DNA of 64,000 nt. Source: Haplodiscus bocki (taxonomy: Eukaryota). The stretch covers positions 78,616,001 through 78,680,000 of the forward strand of contig OZ296649.1 in NCBI GenBank assembly GCA_965655095.1. The letters run 5' to 3'. This document shows positions 49,267 to 62,901 of this stretch, one piece after another. A model generated the notes under the pieces. That model was not told the origin of the DNA. It saw only the letters and a program-made list of their open reading frames with translations, and ran no database searches. Positions within the stretch are counted from its first letter, which is position 1, and each line of letters begins with the position of its first letter. A program made the translations under genes and the position numbers.

Positions 49267-50889
49267 CACAGCCTGGTTGACAATTCTCAGTCGCGTCCCC
49301 GAGTAGTGCAATTCAAAAGACGTTCGAAAAAAACCCTTTTGCAACCAGTTTAATTTTTTGCAACCCATTTGCATTTTTTTCCTGAAGAAGGCGTCTCCGG
49401 TATTAAAAAAGGAAACTAGGTGTCTACTACACCCCTTGTGCGAATCTTCGAAAACTTAGAGACAAGCTGGCAAACATCAACAGGTTCTGGTTCCAAACCC
49501 AAAGATAAAATTAGATCAACGAAATTTGAAGACAAACATTTTGCTCAAGGTTTTTAAGACATCACGGATCAGTCCAACAGACAAAACCTCTACCCAACCG
49601 TTTTGAACACAAGTAGAATGGCCTAAATCCCATCATTAAAATTGATAAATTTTATGACCAAACTCTCCATTCAAACATTGTTAAGATGAAAATCAGGGGA
49701 ACATACAAAATTAAAATCGAAGGCAGCCAAAATGCTTACAAGTGTAGATTTTTTGTGGAAGTATCCAATACAACTGAAACAGTACCTCTACTGAGAAAAG
49801 TGTCTGAAAAAAAATCGACAACAATATACAAGAAATTAATGGAGACGTGTTTTGTCGGAAATTCTAGAGGAAAGAGTTTGTGTGCACTACAACACACTAA
49901 AACCTTCAAGGCTGCTTCTACGAGTTTGAAGAGTTGAAGGTTGCTTAAGAGATGCTCAGAATTCTTTATGAGGACTCAGTGCAACTCTAAAACTTTTTTG
50001 GGCACAAGACACACTGTTTCGCACACACTGTCTCGCCAAAGAAACGAAACGCTTGTGCCGAAAAAAAAGCATCCTCTACTTTGATGACATTTTTCTGCAA
50101 AATATAATTTGTTACAATTGAACGTGGGCCAAAAAACAAAAGCTTTCCAATTTTGGCAAAAACCTAATCCGCTCAGGTTGAGTAGAAAAGTGAGTCAGAA
50201 TTTGATTTTTGAATTCTATTATAGGACTTCACTCCACAGTTGCGCAGCGTGCTCTCTTCAGTTTCCAGCGAAGGATTGCAGTGAATGTTGGACTTTGGAC
50301 CAGATGCAGTTATTGAAAGTTTAAAAAAACTAATCACAAACTTTACAATCAGATCCCAAGAATTTCTTTTCCCATATGGCTTTTCTTTGCTGGACCAAAG
50401 ACAAGAAGTTTTATACGACCAAGTATCGCGAGTTCCAACAAGTAGACATTAGCAACGCAAGTCGAGATGAGGAACAAAGTGTTCTCAACAGTTGGAATGC
50501 AAAAGATGGATAAAAGTGGTTGACAAATTTCAATTTTGGAGGACACCAAAACCTATTAGGAATACTTTTTGTAGTGTATGGAAGCTGTTATCAGACCAGG
50601 GATGGATACCCCTTTCCCCAACGGTAATTGATGACTTGTTGGTGGCTTCTGCAGTGAAACCATTGGTATTGAACTAGGAATAAGCCAAGGAAAAATGACA
50701 TCTGACAACTCCAGTGTCTGCATGACCCACACAGCCTCCACTTTTCCTCAAAAGACGCCCTTTTGCAAAGTACAATGAAAGGTGCCAAAAACCAATTCCG
50801 GGTGCTCTCTGAAATTATTTCATGATGTATGTCATGTTACAAAAACATGATTGAAAAATTATTCACTTCAAAAACTTTCTCCAAAAAAT

Positions 50890-51150
50890 ATTCGGACAGT
50901 GTGCGACAAAAAACGGCTCCAAAATCTTTTTATTTACTGGTAGCAGCTTAAAGGTGTTTTTATTAAGTTTACAAGTAGAAAAAAAATGCGACGCCAAAAC
51001 AGAATCAAGGGTCAAAGACATCGCAAAAGCGAGTTAAGGGACAGATGTTTGACCAAAACCTTTATCTGTCGGACGAATTTCTCAGAGGTTGGGAAAAGTA
51101 ATTCGCTGTATGGAAGAAAACAGTCTGAAAAATTTATGTGGCGGGATTAA
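50890..51150 (+). pseudogene. Second copy of the EGF-like gene (element 2)
   Basis: Ends YLSDE...LYGRKQSEKFMWRD*, aligning with YLVDE...SFRVNWWEKYMWWD*. Same neighbours as in element 1. Confidence 0.7.
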
Positions 51151-51179
51151 CCTATAACTTGTCTATACGATTCACGAAA

Positions 51180-51620
51180 AGTTAAATTCAAACTCTGACA
51201 CGTTCTAGTCTACTGGTTTCAAACTCTGACACGTTGAAAAATGTCTCGATTCAAAATGAGACATATTGTAGAACTCTTTATTGAGTATCCGACACATTGT
51301 AAGATTTTTTTTCTCAAAATTTGACACAAAGGTGAAAAGTTTCCTTCAAAATGTTATAAGTTAAATTTTTCATTCAACCTTTTCAACAATAGACGTGTAC
51401 TGAAAGTTTCAATCCTATGTAACACGTAGTGGAAAATTTGAACGAAAATGCAAAGTCTGATAATTTTGCAGACTGTAATTTGTCGATTTTTGGAAAAGAA
51501 ATGGTTATAAAAATGTGATTTTTTTGAAAACTTCTTTGAGTTCGAACGTTGACGCCTCGTAAATTCTAGTTTCAAAACCTTAAGCGTGGCAAAACTTTTG
51601 ATTCAATGTTTGACACATTA
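51180..51620 (-). repeat. Internal tandem array of element 2
   Basis: TTCAAACTCTGACACGTT units, the inverse of the 22785-23215 array. Confidence 0.7.
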
Positions 51621-52340
51621 TAAATGTTTTAGTCTGAGGTTAGATATGCAACTCGTTTTCGAGGTTTTCGGTGATTGACTTTTTATGTTGTCAACATCGA
51701 AAATAATTTTATGTTCAGAGACGAAATGAAAGAGTTTGTCGGTTTTTAAATAAAACGTAATAATGCAACACAAGACAATCTTTTATCAGATTAGAACAAA
51801 ATCGTTCTAATTGTTCCAGACAATGCAATGTGGAGCTCAAGTTTCGACAAGTGAACAGTGTTTCTCAAAAGACATCACTCTCAGTACCCGAAAAAGAAGT
51901 CATTTTTGGAAAGTCCATCCGTTGTCTGAATTGGTTTCATGGAGCAACAAGAATTGAGAGACCAAACCGAAGTAGAGCAGTTGACGTGTACACAGAGCCT
52001 GTACCTTACTTGAATTGGATGTGGGACGAAATCTTTCGCATTTTCGGTCGTGAGCAAGAGAAACAATGGGTTCTCTGAAATTGTAATTTAAAAAGTCGGT
52101 GGCATGTGTTCTTTTCACGATTGGTGGTCTCTCAATAGTTGCAACTTTTATGCTGATTGGACTCTTGATGGATACATTGGTTACATGGATACATGGATAC
52201 ATACAAAAAAAACAAAAGTCTCGATAGTTTCCTTCAGTGTTTTGAATGGAATGAAACTGATAGTATACTTATCATAATTTTATAATGAATCATCCTCAAT
52301 TTTCATCAGTTTCAATTCAAATCCAGTCTTTTTAGCCTGT

Positions 52341-52682
52341 TTATTTTGTCAGCGAAAACTGATCCACTCCTTTGGTCCACTCGATTTTCTCTTTGGGAAC
52401 AAGCTCACTTAATGTTTTTCGAATTTTTTCCTCGATAATCTTTATTTCGCATAGCCAATGTATTCTGTTTTTTTCACTGTTTGGTTTGTAGAAGTCAACT
52501 GCTTTTTCCACAATATCAAACACATGCCCATGTTTTGCAACAATATTTCTGATGGAGCGGGACTGAAACAGGGATAAATTACACTCCATATGTTGATATG
52601 TAAAACAAAAAGCGTTCGATTTTTGTATTGAGTTTTCAATGTCACCGAGCGGCAAACGAGCTTGCATTGTGGTAAGAAGCAC
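52341..52682 (-). pseudogene. CFTYQH-family accessory gene (element 2)
   Basis: Homologous to 22070-22552. Confidence 0.65.
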
Positions 52683-53199
52683 GTCTAGGGGTCATGGTTG
52701 GCAATGAGCAACCTTCTAGTCGAAACGTTTTCGATTTTTGTCGCAGAAACAAATAGACAATTCACTGAAAAATTTTCATGAAAGCTGTGTGTCCGTTGCA
52801 ACAGAAGAGCAGCCAGCTGATCATTAAAGGGGTTGTTTCAACAAATGAATGTTAAAATTGAAACAACTTCAATTTTTCAACTGAAAAACCGAGAATTTTT
52901 TTCCGTTTTTGAAAATTTGTTATGTCAAGGACCAAAAACGTGACGACTATCCACATATGGGAGTTTGCGGCGTCAATGGCAATTAAGGGAAAGACACTCC
53001 ATCTAGGGAACAGTGTTGTGTCAACGTCTGGATAAAACCTCCAGTTGAAGTAGTTATGACTCGTTTGAAACTGTATGAAAACAGAATTATGCTACTCCAG
53101 AGCCGTGTTTTAAATATCATTCTCAACAAAAAGTCGCTTTTTTAGCTACCAGTATGTTCAAACCTCTGTGACGTAAAGCATACAGAACTACTGTTTTCT

Positions 53200-53640
53200 T
53201 GGACAAGCTAACGCTTAGCAACATTGTGGAATCCGATAAATGCGAAGACCGATTTTCACATTTTTTTTGGTCCGAAAAAATTTGAATCATCCGGGAAGAA
53301 AATTTAAACTCTAAAACGAAGGATATAGCAGCAAGCTTCGGCAGGTACAGGTACAAAGTATTAAAAAAGAGGTATAGATTTCAACAAAGTTATACGACTA
53401 TGAAATCAGCAAGCTGTTGCACTACATAACTATGGCAGAAAGCAAAGTTTGAACCCAGTAAGTGTGCCAACAATTTCCGAGGAACTAAATGAAGAACTCA
53501 AGGTGGATCACAAAGTAGTTCACGCGGTGGATCGCTCAAAGTAAAACGTTTGTAAAACTCTGCTGCGTTTTAATGTGGACAAGCCTGAGATTTCTTATGC
53601 TCAAGTCCGAGTGCTTGCAACACGGAGGTAGACACTTTGT
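53200..53640 (+). pseudogene. PC4-like accessory gene (element 2)
   Basis: KVVHAVDRSK*NVCKTLLRFNVDKPEISYAQVR matches KVVDLVHRPNRKSCVTLLRYSVDKPQSSSDQIR. Confidence 0.65.
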
Positions 53641-54959
53641 GGAATCGAAACTTGATGAATTTTTTCACCTGAATGGTTTTATCAATTTTGTGTTTTAAAA
53701 AGTTATTGCTTCAGCTAATCAACAATTCTGTAATGTCTTTTATTCTTCAAAAATTCGCACCTGATCATTATTTTGTGTGTGAGTATGCATTGGAAATTTG
53801 GAAATGAAAACCTCTTTGTCAAGGTAAAATGAAATGTAGTACTTTATCGTGGTTCGCTAACAACCCAAAACATTTCTTCGCGACAAAAGTTTTCACTAAC
53901 TCTAGTTTACTATATTATACCGTACTATACTATATATACAACATTTGCTATAATTTCAAATGACTGATCCCAAAGATGGAATTTTTCGCCTAGAATCGAC
54001 AACAAATATCAGTTGGAGAATTACACTGCAGACTTCAACACTTATACAGACAGTCGTACAACGTTACTGAAACAATGTCTACCTCAAAAAGAACAAAGCG
54101 ATCTGGAAATAACAGGATATTGAAAAATTCTTGACAAAATGAATACTTTTTACTGAGTTTCCTAAATGGAATTTACAAGCGCGGCCTTTTAGTGAATGAA
54201 ACAACCAATTATAAAGGAAGCAATTTCCGTGAAAAATGGATATTCTCCGGCTAGTGAGCCTTTTCCGTTACTAGCTGGGAGCAAAAGCTTCATCTCATCA
54301 CAACAGTACCCACAAAAACAATTTTTTACTTCCATGTTACCGTTGGAACGATGAAAATTCTTCACGTCAGAAAGAGCAAAATTTTCCATCGGTAGAGTCA
54401 TTGCTTCTGGATACTTGTACTTGTACTTTACAAAATGGTACTCCAAAAAAACTAGACAGCATCCATTACTGCACAGAACTCTTGGAGTGGTGCGGTCAAA
54501 TACTAGTGGAGGACACAGGAAAAAAAACTTCGTTGTACAGAACGGAAGGCATGAATGTCTGGTGATGTGAAAAGGCAGTAAAAAATGTTTTACCTTTTTT
54601 CATGTGAAATGTATCGTATCTGTCTAGATTACACAAAGCTTCACAGTGACTTATTTAGTTCGAGAGTCACTTTTGACAAATTGAGTGCAGGAGCTAGATG
54701 ACTCTTGTAAACGCTTTTATTACTATCGACAATAATAACATGATGAAAGAGATGAAAATATTTGTATGATTTTTCTCGAAAAGCGTTGGTCAAACTCATT
54801 TAGGGATGAAGTCGTTGATAAAAAAGTTAGTTTCTAATGGAACTTCACAACTAATTTGGTCAAATCACTGAGTTTTATCACCATTTTTTGCTTCAACAAC
54901 TGAACATGGAGGGCTATGGGGCGATTGCCACGTGAAAAACAGCGTATCCATCGATTTCA

Positions 54960-55420
54960 TAACGCTTTGTTCATTTTTGAAAACAATTTCAACACTGCTT
55001 CAGTTAGTCGAATAGCTATGCCACAGAAAACAAAAACTGCCCTCAAGGCATCTTTTACTGAAAATCCATTCCGGTATCAGCAATTCAATCTGAGGAAAAA
55101 AATGGACTAAGAGAAATCAATCTATTGTACACGTTGATACCGCTGATATGTGTCGCCTATATGTTTTTACAATGAAACTAAGGAATTTCCAACTTGATAT
55201 GCATTCAATTTCCTCTTGATACTTTCAAAATACATTATGTAGTAATTAATGATTTGAACCCAGTGCCAAGTGTCATTGAAAACTGTTGTTACCCAGAACT
55301 ACTGGAGAAACAGAGATTGGAACTAAACTCCGCATTTTTTTAAAATGCATTACCGAACCTATTTGTATGAAGAGGGCTGCATGTCTTTGATTGCAGACAA
55401 AAATTTAACATTGTCGGAAT
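54960..55420 (+). pseudogene. 3' part of major capsid gene (element 2)
   Basis: FIFENNFNTASVSRIAM...FTENPFRYQQFNL matches element 1 MCP. Abuts the right TIR. Confidence 0.8.
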
Positions 55421-58400
55421 TTTAACAGACACACTTGGCTTTCGCCCAAAATCAATAGATCGTCGGCCACCATTCATAATCTTGCACGAAAAACCTTCAA
55501 ACTTCGTCAGCCAGTCAGACTCAATTATTAGTCGCTGAAAAAGCATCAGACAACTCTCGGCTCTGGGGCTCGACTAGGCTTGCTATAGCCTATCTTGAAG
55601 CACAAAGGGGCTCCAACCCCCTCCCCACCTGATCTATTCACACACCTGCTACTAAGGATGCAAATATATACTTCTATAATTTTCGTACTACAAGTCAGAG
55701 AGTTACCAAATTTTCAAAGACGTAAAGATCATTGTTCAAAACTATGAAAAAATTGTTGATACTGGGTCACGTGAAGAATTTATTGAACGCCAGCAAGACG
55801 GCTTGAAATATTTCGACTCAAGCTCTGACAACAAACGCCTATTTAGCGAGCTGGAGACGCACGGAAAAAACCAGAGTTTTCCGTAAAACGTTTCGATGCG
55901 CTGGTTTGATCGAGTATCAACCAATTTTTTGTCTTTCACGTAGTTGAGGTTTAGGTGTCCGCTAGACTTTTGACCGATAAATTTCTAATCAATTAGACAG
56001 TTAAAGTTATTGTAGCTCAACTGTTAAGGCTTCTATGACAGCCTCAAGATGCTCTATGGGAACTTGGCCCATCCGAATGGCAACGTTTCGAAGTTCATAG
56101 TTAAATTTGAATTGCAAGAGAGACGAAACAAAACCTCATGTTTCGAAAACAAAATCTAAATTGATACTTTAGAAATTTTTAGGCTTTTGGCATGCTTATT
56201 ACCAAGAAACCGTTCTCAAAAATCTCAGAGTAGTTTATGTGACGTTTCTTGGCCGATATACAGCGTTTGTTTTCAGTGATGACGTAGAATGACAGTCAAA
56301 GACTTCTTAGTTTATAGCACATTCCCTTAAAAAACATTCAATGATTAATGATTTTGCAATGATTTCCATGTCAACCATTTTATGACCTGCATACTTGCCA
56401 TGAACCTGAATGATCAATTTTCAAATAATTGGTTGCAAAGTCCTATATTTAGATCATAGTTTAAGTCTAGGGTCTGAAACTTTCAAGTCTAACACTAGAA
56501 GCTGTTGACAAAATTCTATTCCGGAAAAGAGCTTGGTAGCGCTGCCAAATATTTCCAATAGCAGATGAATGGAGATCATGCTTTTTGGAAACGGGATTTC
56601 ACAAAATGTGCAATTACTTCTATCCAGTAATAAAAGAACTTCCATGGCATTTATTCTGATCCCTAGTCATATTATTGGCAAAATGTTTGAGCTTCACACT
56701 TCAAGGTATTACTTTCTATTAGCGTGTCAAGTCAAATTTTTGTTCATTAGAATACGTCACCATAAACTCGCAAAAAATCACGCTCGTTTATCCATACAAT
56801 GGCGATAATATGGTACAATTTATGACCTGCATGGAACCATGCAGTATTATGGCTTTCTAATGGCTTAAATTTAATTTTTTTTGTATATGGAACATTGTAT
56901 GATTTAACCGTTTTCATACATCACCAGAAGTGAATTAGTATGATTTCAATGTTTTTTTTTCAGTGCTGTGTAATGTGCGGTGCAAAGATATCGGTGCTGT
57001 GTATATCCAAGGTAATTATTGTAATGAGCCAACACCATTTTCCATCGTGTTCTCCTCTACACAATTAAATTTATCGCTAGTTTTATTTAAATTGTGACTA
57101 TTGAGTTCCATCTGTTTTCCACAGATAATGAAACAGATGGAAAGTACTAGCAAGAGATGTACTGCATTTGATTCGTTTCTCATTGACTTTGATGGAAATC
57201 GATCTTAATCAATTCCGTCTCTGAGCTCATTTTGCGATGTTTCAATTTACATTGATCAAGTTATCAACAAAATGAAGTCCATGGCAATTTATGTCAAAAT
57301 AACAGGCCTTACTTAAGCTTTCAAAAGTGTCGTTTCCACAACTTGATGAGTCTGGGAGTGTGGGAGACAGTACACGAGCACGTGTAGCTGATTTCTTTGT
57401 GCCGGCTGAAGCTAAGTGCTGTCTGTAGTCTTTTAATGTTTTGATCTTCTGTTTTTAACCTTTTGAACTACAGTCTGCGAGTTTTGTTACCTTTCCCGTA
57501 GTTGTTTGATCAGTATTGGAGTTGATACTTCCAATGTTTTAGAGTTTAATGCCCAAAAATACTTGGCAAAAGTATAATATAAATCTTTTTCATGACGGGG
57601 GATTGAAGTAATAATACATATTCGCTTTCATGCCTTTATGCATTTATAAGTATCAGGTCTTAATTAAACTTCTAAGGATATTAGTTGGAATGAAGGGTTT
57701 GATACATAGAAGGCATTCAACAATTTTTTTTGACGATATATCAGTAGTTCAAATTTCGCTCATGCGGGTATGACACCAGGGAATCACGGTCGTATAGCTT
57801 AAGCATGACTAAAATTTTTTGTACTCGTTGAAATCTAACGGAAAGTTTGTCACAATCTCATTTCACTTCTTAAGGATTAATCAACAGTATAAATAAAGTG
57901 CATCTATGCATTTTTCTAAACAAATAGCTATGTGTGTCTATCGAAAAGTTTTTCTGTTTCGGTTCGTTTCAGTGGAAATTACTAAATGCGAAAAGTTCAG
58001 TATTGCTTGGAAGCTTTGAAATTTTGAGAGTTGATGAGTCAGTTGTGCAAGGTTATCTTTTTGGTTTCCCAGACCCTGGAAATAGGCGGCATCCAGAAAC
58101 CTTGACCAGTTTATTGGCTCTATCGGACTGCGACTCCTCGTTTGGGTATTGTGCTTAGATCCTGTACTACTCGAGGGTTGGGTTTCGGCAAGTGCAAAGC
58201 TGCGCTCAAGGTGCCTTGTCTGATGAGGGCATTCACAAGTGCATCCCTGTTATCTTCAGAGGTCACGTTCGCTACTTCTAGCTCCAGGATTTGGTATTTC
58301 GATTTGCTAGAACATTTTGGAAAACAAAAAGTTAAATCAAATAGTAAACAAGACGGTCGGCTACCACCGGCATATTTTGCGTCTTCCCATTTTTGTAAAG

Positions 58401-59048
58401 AAGGCTTTTAAAAAAATGAGAACGTTTTTTTCTCGAAAAAACGCTCTTTCTTCATCATAGATTCTAAATTTTCCAACGTTCTAGGTTTCTTGATTTTTTG
58501 CCAAACGTGAACAAACTTGCTGATGTGGCGTGAACGCAATTGGCAAACATCGGGTAAAAAAATGTTCCATTGGAGAGGAAAATTTTGCTTTCATATTCTA
58601 AAGAATATGGCGCAGAATAATAAATCAGTGATGCTCGCTTTGAAATTTTTCAGGGTTAATGATACAAACAAACATTAATATCTATTGAGGAACATTGAAG
58701 AAAATATTTCATAATGAGACGTAAATATAAATTTTAGAAGGAAATAATTTGTTGGATCTATAATTGCATGCGAGTATGACCTTTTTTAGGATTTAGCTAA
58801 TGATAATTTTCAACTTCGCAAATTCCATCATAAATTCATTAGAAATAGTATTTGAGTGCTGAAAGGTATCTTAAGATGTGAGGATTTTCAATGCTGCATG
58901 AATGATGGTTTAGAATGTACAAAACATCTTACACTGTTTAATCTACGTTTGAACTTCCACTTCCTTAAGCAGCTGAGATATTTATTGAAAAACCGTATGA
59001 GCTGGAGAAAAAGTTATGAACGTTTTTCCTGATTTAAAAAAACTTAAC

Positions 59049-59292
59049 CTGAAATTCCACAGATGGTCTGATAGTTGTTGAAGTGGTGATAGTAACCTGA
59101 TTATTTGGTCATATTTGATTTGGGAGCGGACCTTCATCTTGTCAATGGCTGTGGGAGGGGAGCTTTTTTTGGACATTCCGCAGTCCTTCTTGTTGTACAC
59201 AATCAGCAAAGGTGGGAACTGGTCCAATTTCTCGTAAAATGGAATCCACGTCCTAATACTAAAGTCCTCCAAAGACTTGGCCGAGCTGCTAT
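59049..59292 (-). CDS. Host exon of a divergent Ras/Rho-superfamily GTPase-like gene (G4 region)
   Basis: Acceptor TTTTAG, then (D)SSSAKSLEDFSIRTWIPFYEKLDQFPPLLIVYNKKD with the NKxD motif. Donor either AG|GTTACT (59097) or AG|GTTAAG (59049). Confidence 0.7.
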
Positions 59293-60817
59293 CTAAAAGA
59301 CGTTAAAACAAATTCAAGCAATGAAATCATGCACACGTTTTATATCATTTTCAAATCGGCAAACCTATTTTCCGGGACAATTCACCCAAACTCTATTTGA
59401 CTCAGAACTTTGCTTCATTTTTTAGATCATCGGAAGCCCGGTTATCAGCTACTAAAAATAACAGAGAAAACGACGAAGTGCAATCAAGTTTCCACTTTTG
59501 GCTAAAAACGGCATAATATCACGGGTAACCCGAAAAAAAATTTAAAAAAAAACAAAAGGGACCCTCTGGTTTAAAAAAAAACAAAATTTGATAGAAAAAA
59601 TGTAATTTTTGCGAATTAAGGTATTTCCTCGATTATGAGCCGGAACATTAGACCACCTGATTTGTTTTCATTTTTATTGACTTTTGTCCTCAGAAGTGTC
59701 TAGTTCGGGTATGAGACACCTTACATTTTTCAAATTTTTCTCGAGTTTAGGCAATTTCGAAATGATTGAAGTTTTACCTTTCATCGGAATTAGGGACTAA
59801 AAATACAATTCTTTGAAAATTTTATGACACAATCATTCAAAATTTCTTCTTCATAAACTTCTTTCTAGAAAAAACGGAAGGTTTTTCTAGAAAATGGAGA
59901 TTGTAAAATGGAGATTGTAAAAAACTCTTACCTTGGTCTTTTGTTTTGAAAATAGACAAGACACCCGGCTGACAGGCGGGATATTTTCCGCCCTACAACG
60001 TTGTTTAAGCTGCTTTTTAGATGGATTAAAGCTTTTTTTTGGAAAAATAAGTATTCATTAAACTTGCTTAGAGTTCGAATTTTGAAAACTTTCTGATTTT
60101 CTTGCAGAATTTCAATTTTGATGGGAAAAAGACATTTTCAAAAATAATATAAATTGATACGCATTCCAGAGCCAATTTACCACTTTGCCCGATTTTGAAA
60201 ACATTCAAGTTTCTTTGGACAAAACCATCGTCTTTTTTTTCAAAAGAAAGCCCAAATTGCGTACGTATTTGAGAAATCTTTCTATTTCAGTCGCATTCTA
60301 CGGGAAACTTGCTATAATTTGGTGATAAAAAATATCAGATTCAGAGCCGTCGGACATTGGACATTTTCAATTGGCAAGTATACGAAAGAAAAATGTTGGC
60401 GTTGAAAGGATGATTTTTCTTCTATATTTAAATATGGGCGGAATAAGATGAGGAACTGTTATTTAGATTGTTTTTTTTTACTTTTTCAGACTAGATTTTG
60501 ACCAGCGCCCTTTTCTGCTAAAAGATCTAAATTCCCAGGAAAAGTAAGATCTAAGATATCCTGCAGAAAACTTGCGGTAAAAACATCTACTTTTACTTAA
60601 AAAAATGCAATGAGGAAAAATCTTTTTTTTTGTCCAAAAAAATCAAGACAAAATTTTCCATAATCTAGCTTTGTTCAGCGTTTTTTCTGAAAAAAAATCA
60701 AAACCCATTAAAGCTGGATCAGGGGGACTCCGCGATAATCAGTTCTGTTTCAGAAAAAAAATCAGTGCTGAAACAAGCGCTGATTTTTAGCTCCGAAAAG
60801 GTTGCGTTTCCAGAGCC

Positions 60818-62685
60818 AGTGGGTGGAGATCCCGTCGTACTACCAAATTCCCTTGCTGGTAGAGCTCTGGAGGTTTCTGCTTGAAGACTGGGAGAGCGTC
60901 TCTCCTGTGTCTGCCGAGTAACACTATCCGCCGTCGAGGTATTACGTACCGAGCTCTCCTGGATCAACTGGGTTCGTAATTGGGTCAATGTGGATATCTG
61001 TTCGTTCAGCGGTCCTAAGGTTGCCTTAATAATTCGCTCGATCGACTCGTGCGAGATTCTGTTGTTGGGTTCCTTGATGCGTTCTGGGTTGCGCGGGTTG
61101 GAAAAATTGGCGGCACTTTCAGCGCCCTTGGACTTTTTAAGATGCAAGAGTTGTCTATGTCTTTCCGTTTCTCAGTGTTCTCAGGTCGGGAGAAAAACTC
61201 ATAAATTAGGTCAGCAGATTGAATTTATGCTGTAACTTTAGTTTTTCAATTGAAGCAATCGGTATAGATTTTACAACATAAGAAGTCAAAACGGATGTAA
61301 AGCGATGTGTGTTGGTAAGCAAAGTTTAGTACTCTCTCGGAAGAATTTTATTCTCTCTTTATCGCAGTGTTACTGAAATGCTGTGAATCTCTTCTCGCGG
61401 ACGGACTTAAGCGGCCTCTGAACGATAGTAGGGCCCATTTCTTACCATAGTTGAGCTCCTGTTGGCTCCGTGCCCTTGACTTCAGTTGGTTAATTAGGGT
61501 GTGAAACGCAAAGCCGCCGCTAGAGTGTCGAACGCACGAACGTAATGTAGACTGATGGGCACATTTGGCCCAAACATCCGTTTGACTAATTAGGCTTTAT
61601 TTATGTCATATGTACAATCTTTTAGGTTCAAATAATCAGAGGAAGGTTCCGACACATTAAACGATTTGCATTGGAAAATTCCCGTGTGGTAAATCGCTGA
61701 TATTGATTACTCTAAGCAGACATCGGAAAATTGATGTAACCCGATGTATTAACTTTTTCGGCGTTGGTCCTTAATTCTTGTTATCTCTGTCCGTCGAAAA
61801 CATTGGAAAAAGACTTATAGGCTGATACATCGGTTTCTATAAAGTTAGAGGTCAGTAGGCATTGGAAAATGTACGTATTGAATTCAGCATCAGAACAATG
61901 TGTGTTTATATTTTATTGCTTCAGATTCGTACTTGAACATCGCAAATGTCTGAACTTTGTGGAAAACTGATGCGTCATATTTTGGTTATACTTGCGCGTG
62001 TTTTATCCATCGGTTTCTGTTGATAGACTGGTTCATAGATATAATATTCACCGTTCTCCATCCAGGACAGATGGAAACCGATGTTTTTCTGTACCTTCTC
62101 CCAATCCATCTCGCTTGTATTCTACTCATTTCTTCTGAATGTCTTTTCTCTCATTTTGAGAGTTCTCTTGTTTTCTTACGGCAGAATGGATTGTGAGGAC
62201 GAAAACCTCAGCACGGATGTTTTGCGATGTGGCGCAGATTCAGCTCATTCGTTGGATATATAGTCTGATTAGTGGAATTATTCCATTAAAGATGACAATT
62301 GTGAGGATTCCAGTTTCCGGCTCAAACGTTTCGGTGTCTGTTAGTGTCTTAAATTCTATTTTTCACCTTTGAGCGTCAATCAGAATCTAGTGCCATTGTG
62401 TTTCGCTTTTCAGAGTTATTTCAGCACTGTTTGTTTTTGGGTGTATTAAACCGCTAATTTATCAAATGCTCAGCAATATTCAGTTTTACATAGTACATAG
62501 TCTGTTTTATAACATAAAATCGCTTTCATATCAGGAAGAGAGGAGAAGTAATATGACATACTTGCATTAGTACTTTTATGCATTCTTCGGCTACGGAAAT
62601 TGCATTAAGATCTTATTTACTATAGTCATTATACAATAGTCAAAAGTAAGGAAAAACTCAGTATTTCGCTCATGCGGAAACGACA
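60818..62685 (-). mobile_element. LTR-retrotransposon remnant (LTR-like, with gag N-terminus) in the GTPase intron
   Basis: Minus strand starts TGTCG...CCGCATGAG. ORF 60719-61147 has a gag-like coiled coil (IKATLGPLNEQISTLTQL). Both flanks look like halves of one short repeat family (cf. 39844-39975). Confidence 0.5.
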
Positions 62686-62901
62686 ATCGCTGTTCACAGC
62701 TGAATCAGCGCTCTTCAGAGATCTTTAGGTAAATCTCTGCTGAATCAGAACTGAATATTTTCTGAATCAAAAATGATCAGCTCCGATACTCTCTGACATT
62801 TCAACTGGGGCCACTATGAATAATTGTGAAAGAATAGCTGTTAAGATAGACCGAAGAGTTTAACGCATACCGACACAAAAAAAAGCAAAATGATGTATGC
62901 A

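Larger units (their letters stand above)
46484..55653. mobile_element. Internally deleted Polinton (9.2 kb, element 2), inverted relative to element 1
   Basis: Starts AGTAGC and ends GCTACT. TIRs at ~46484-46735 and ~55428-55653 (GAGTCTGAYTG.C.GACGAAGTTTGA). Flanks AATGAT/AAGGAT (5/6 TSD). Contains polB 3' half, accessory cassette and MCP 3' part. Confidence 0.88.
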
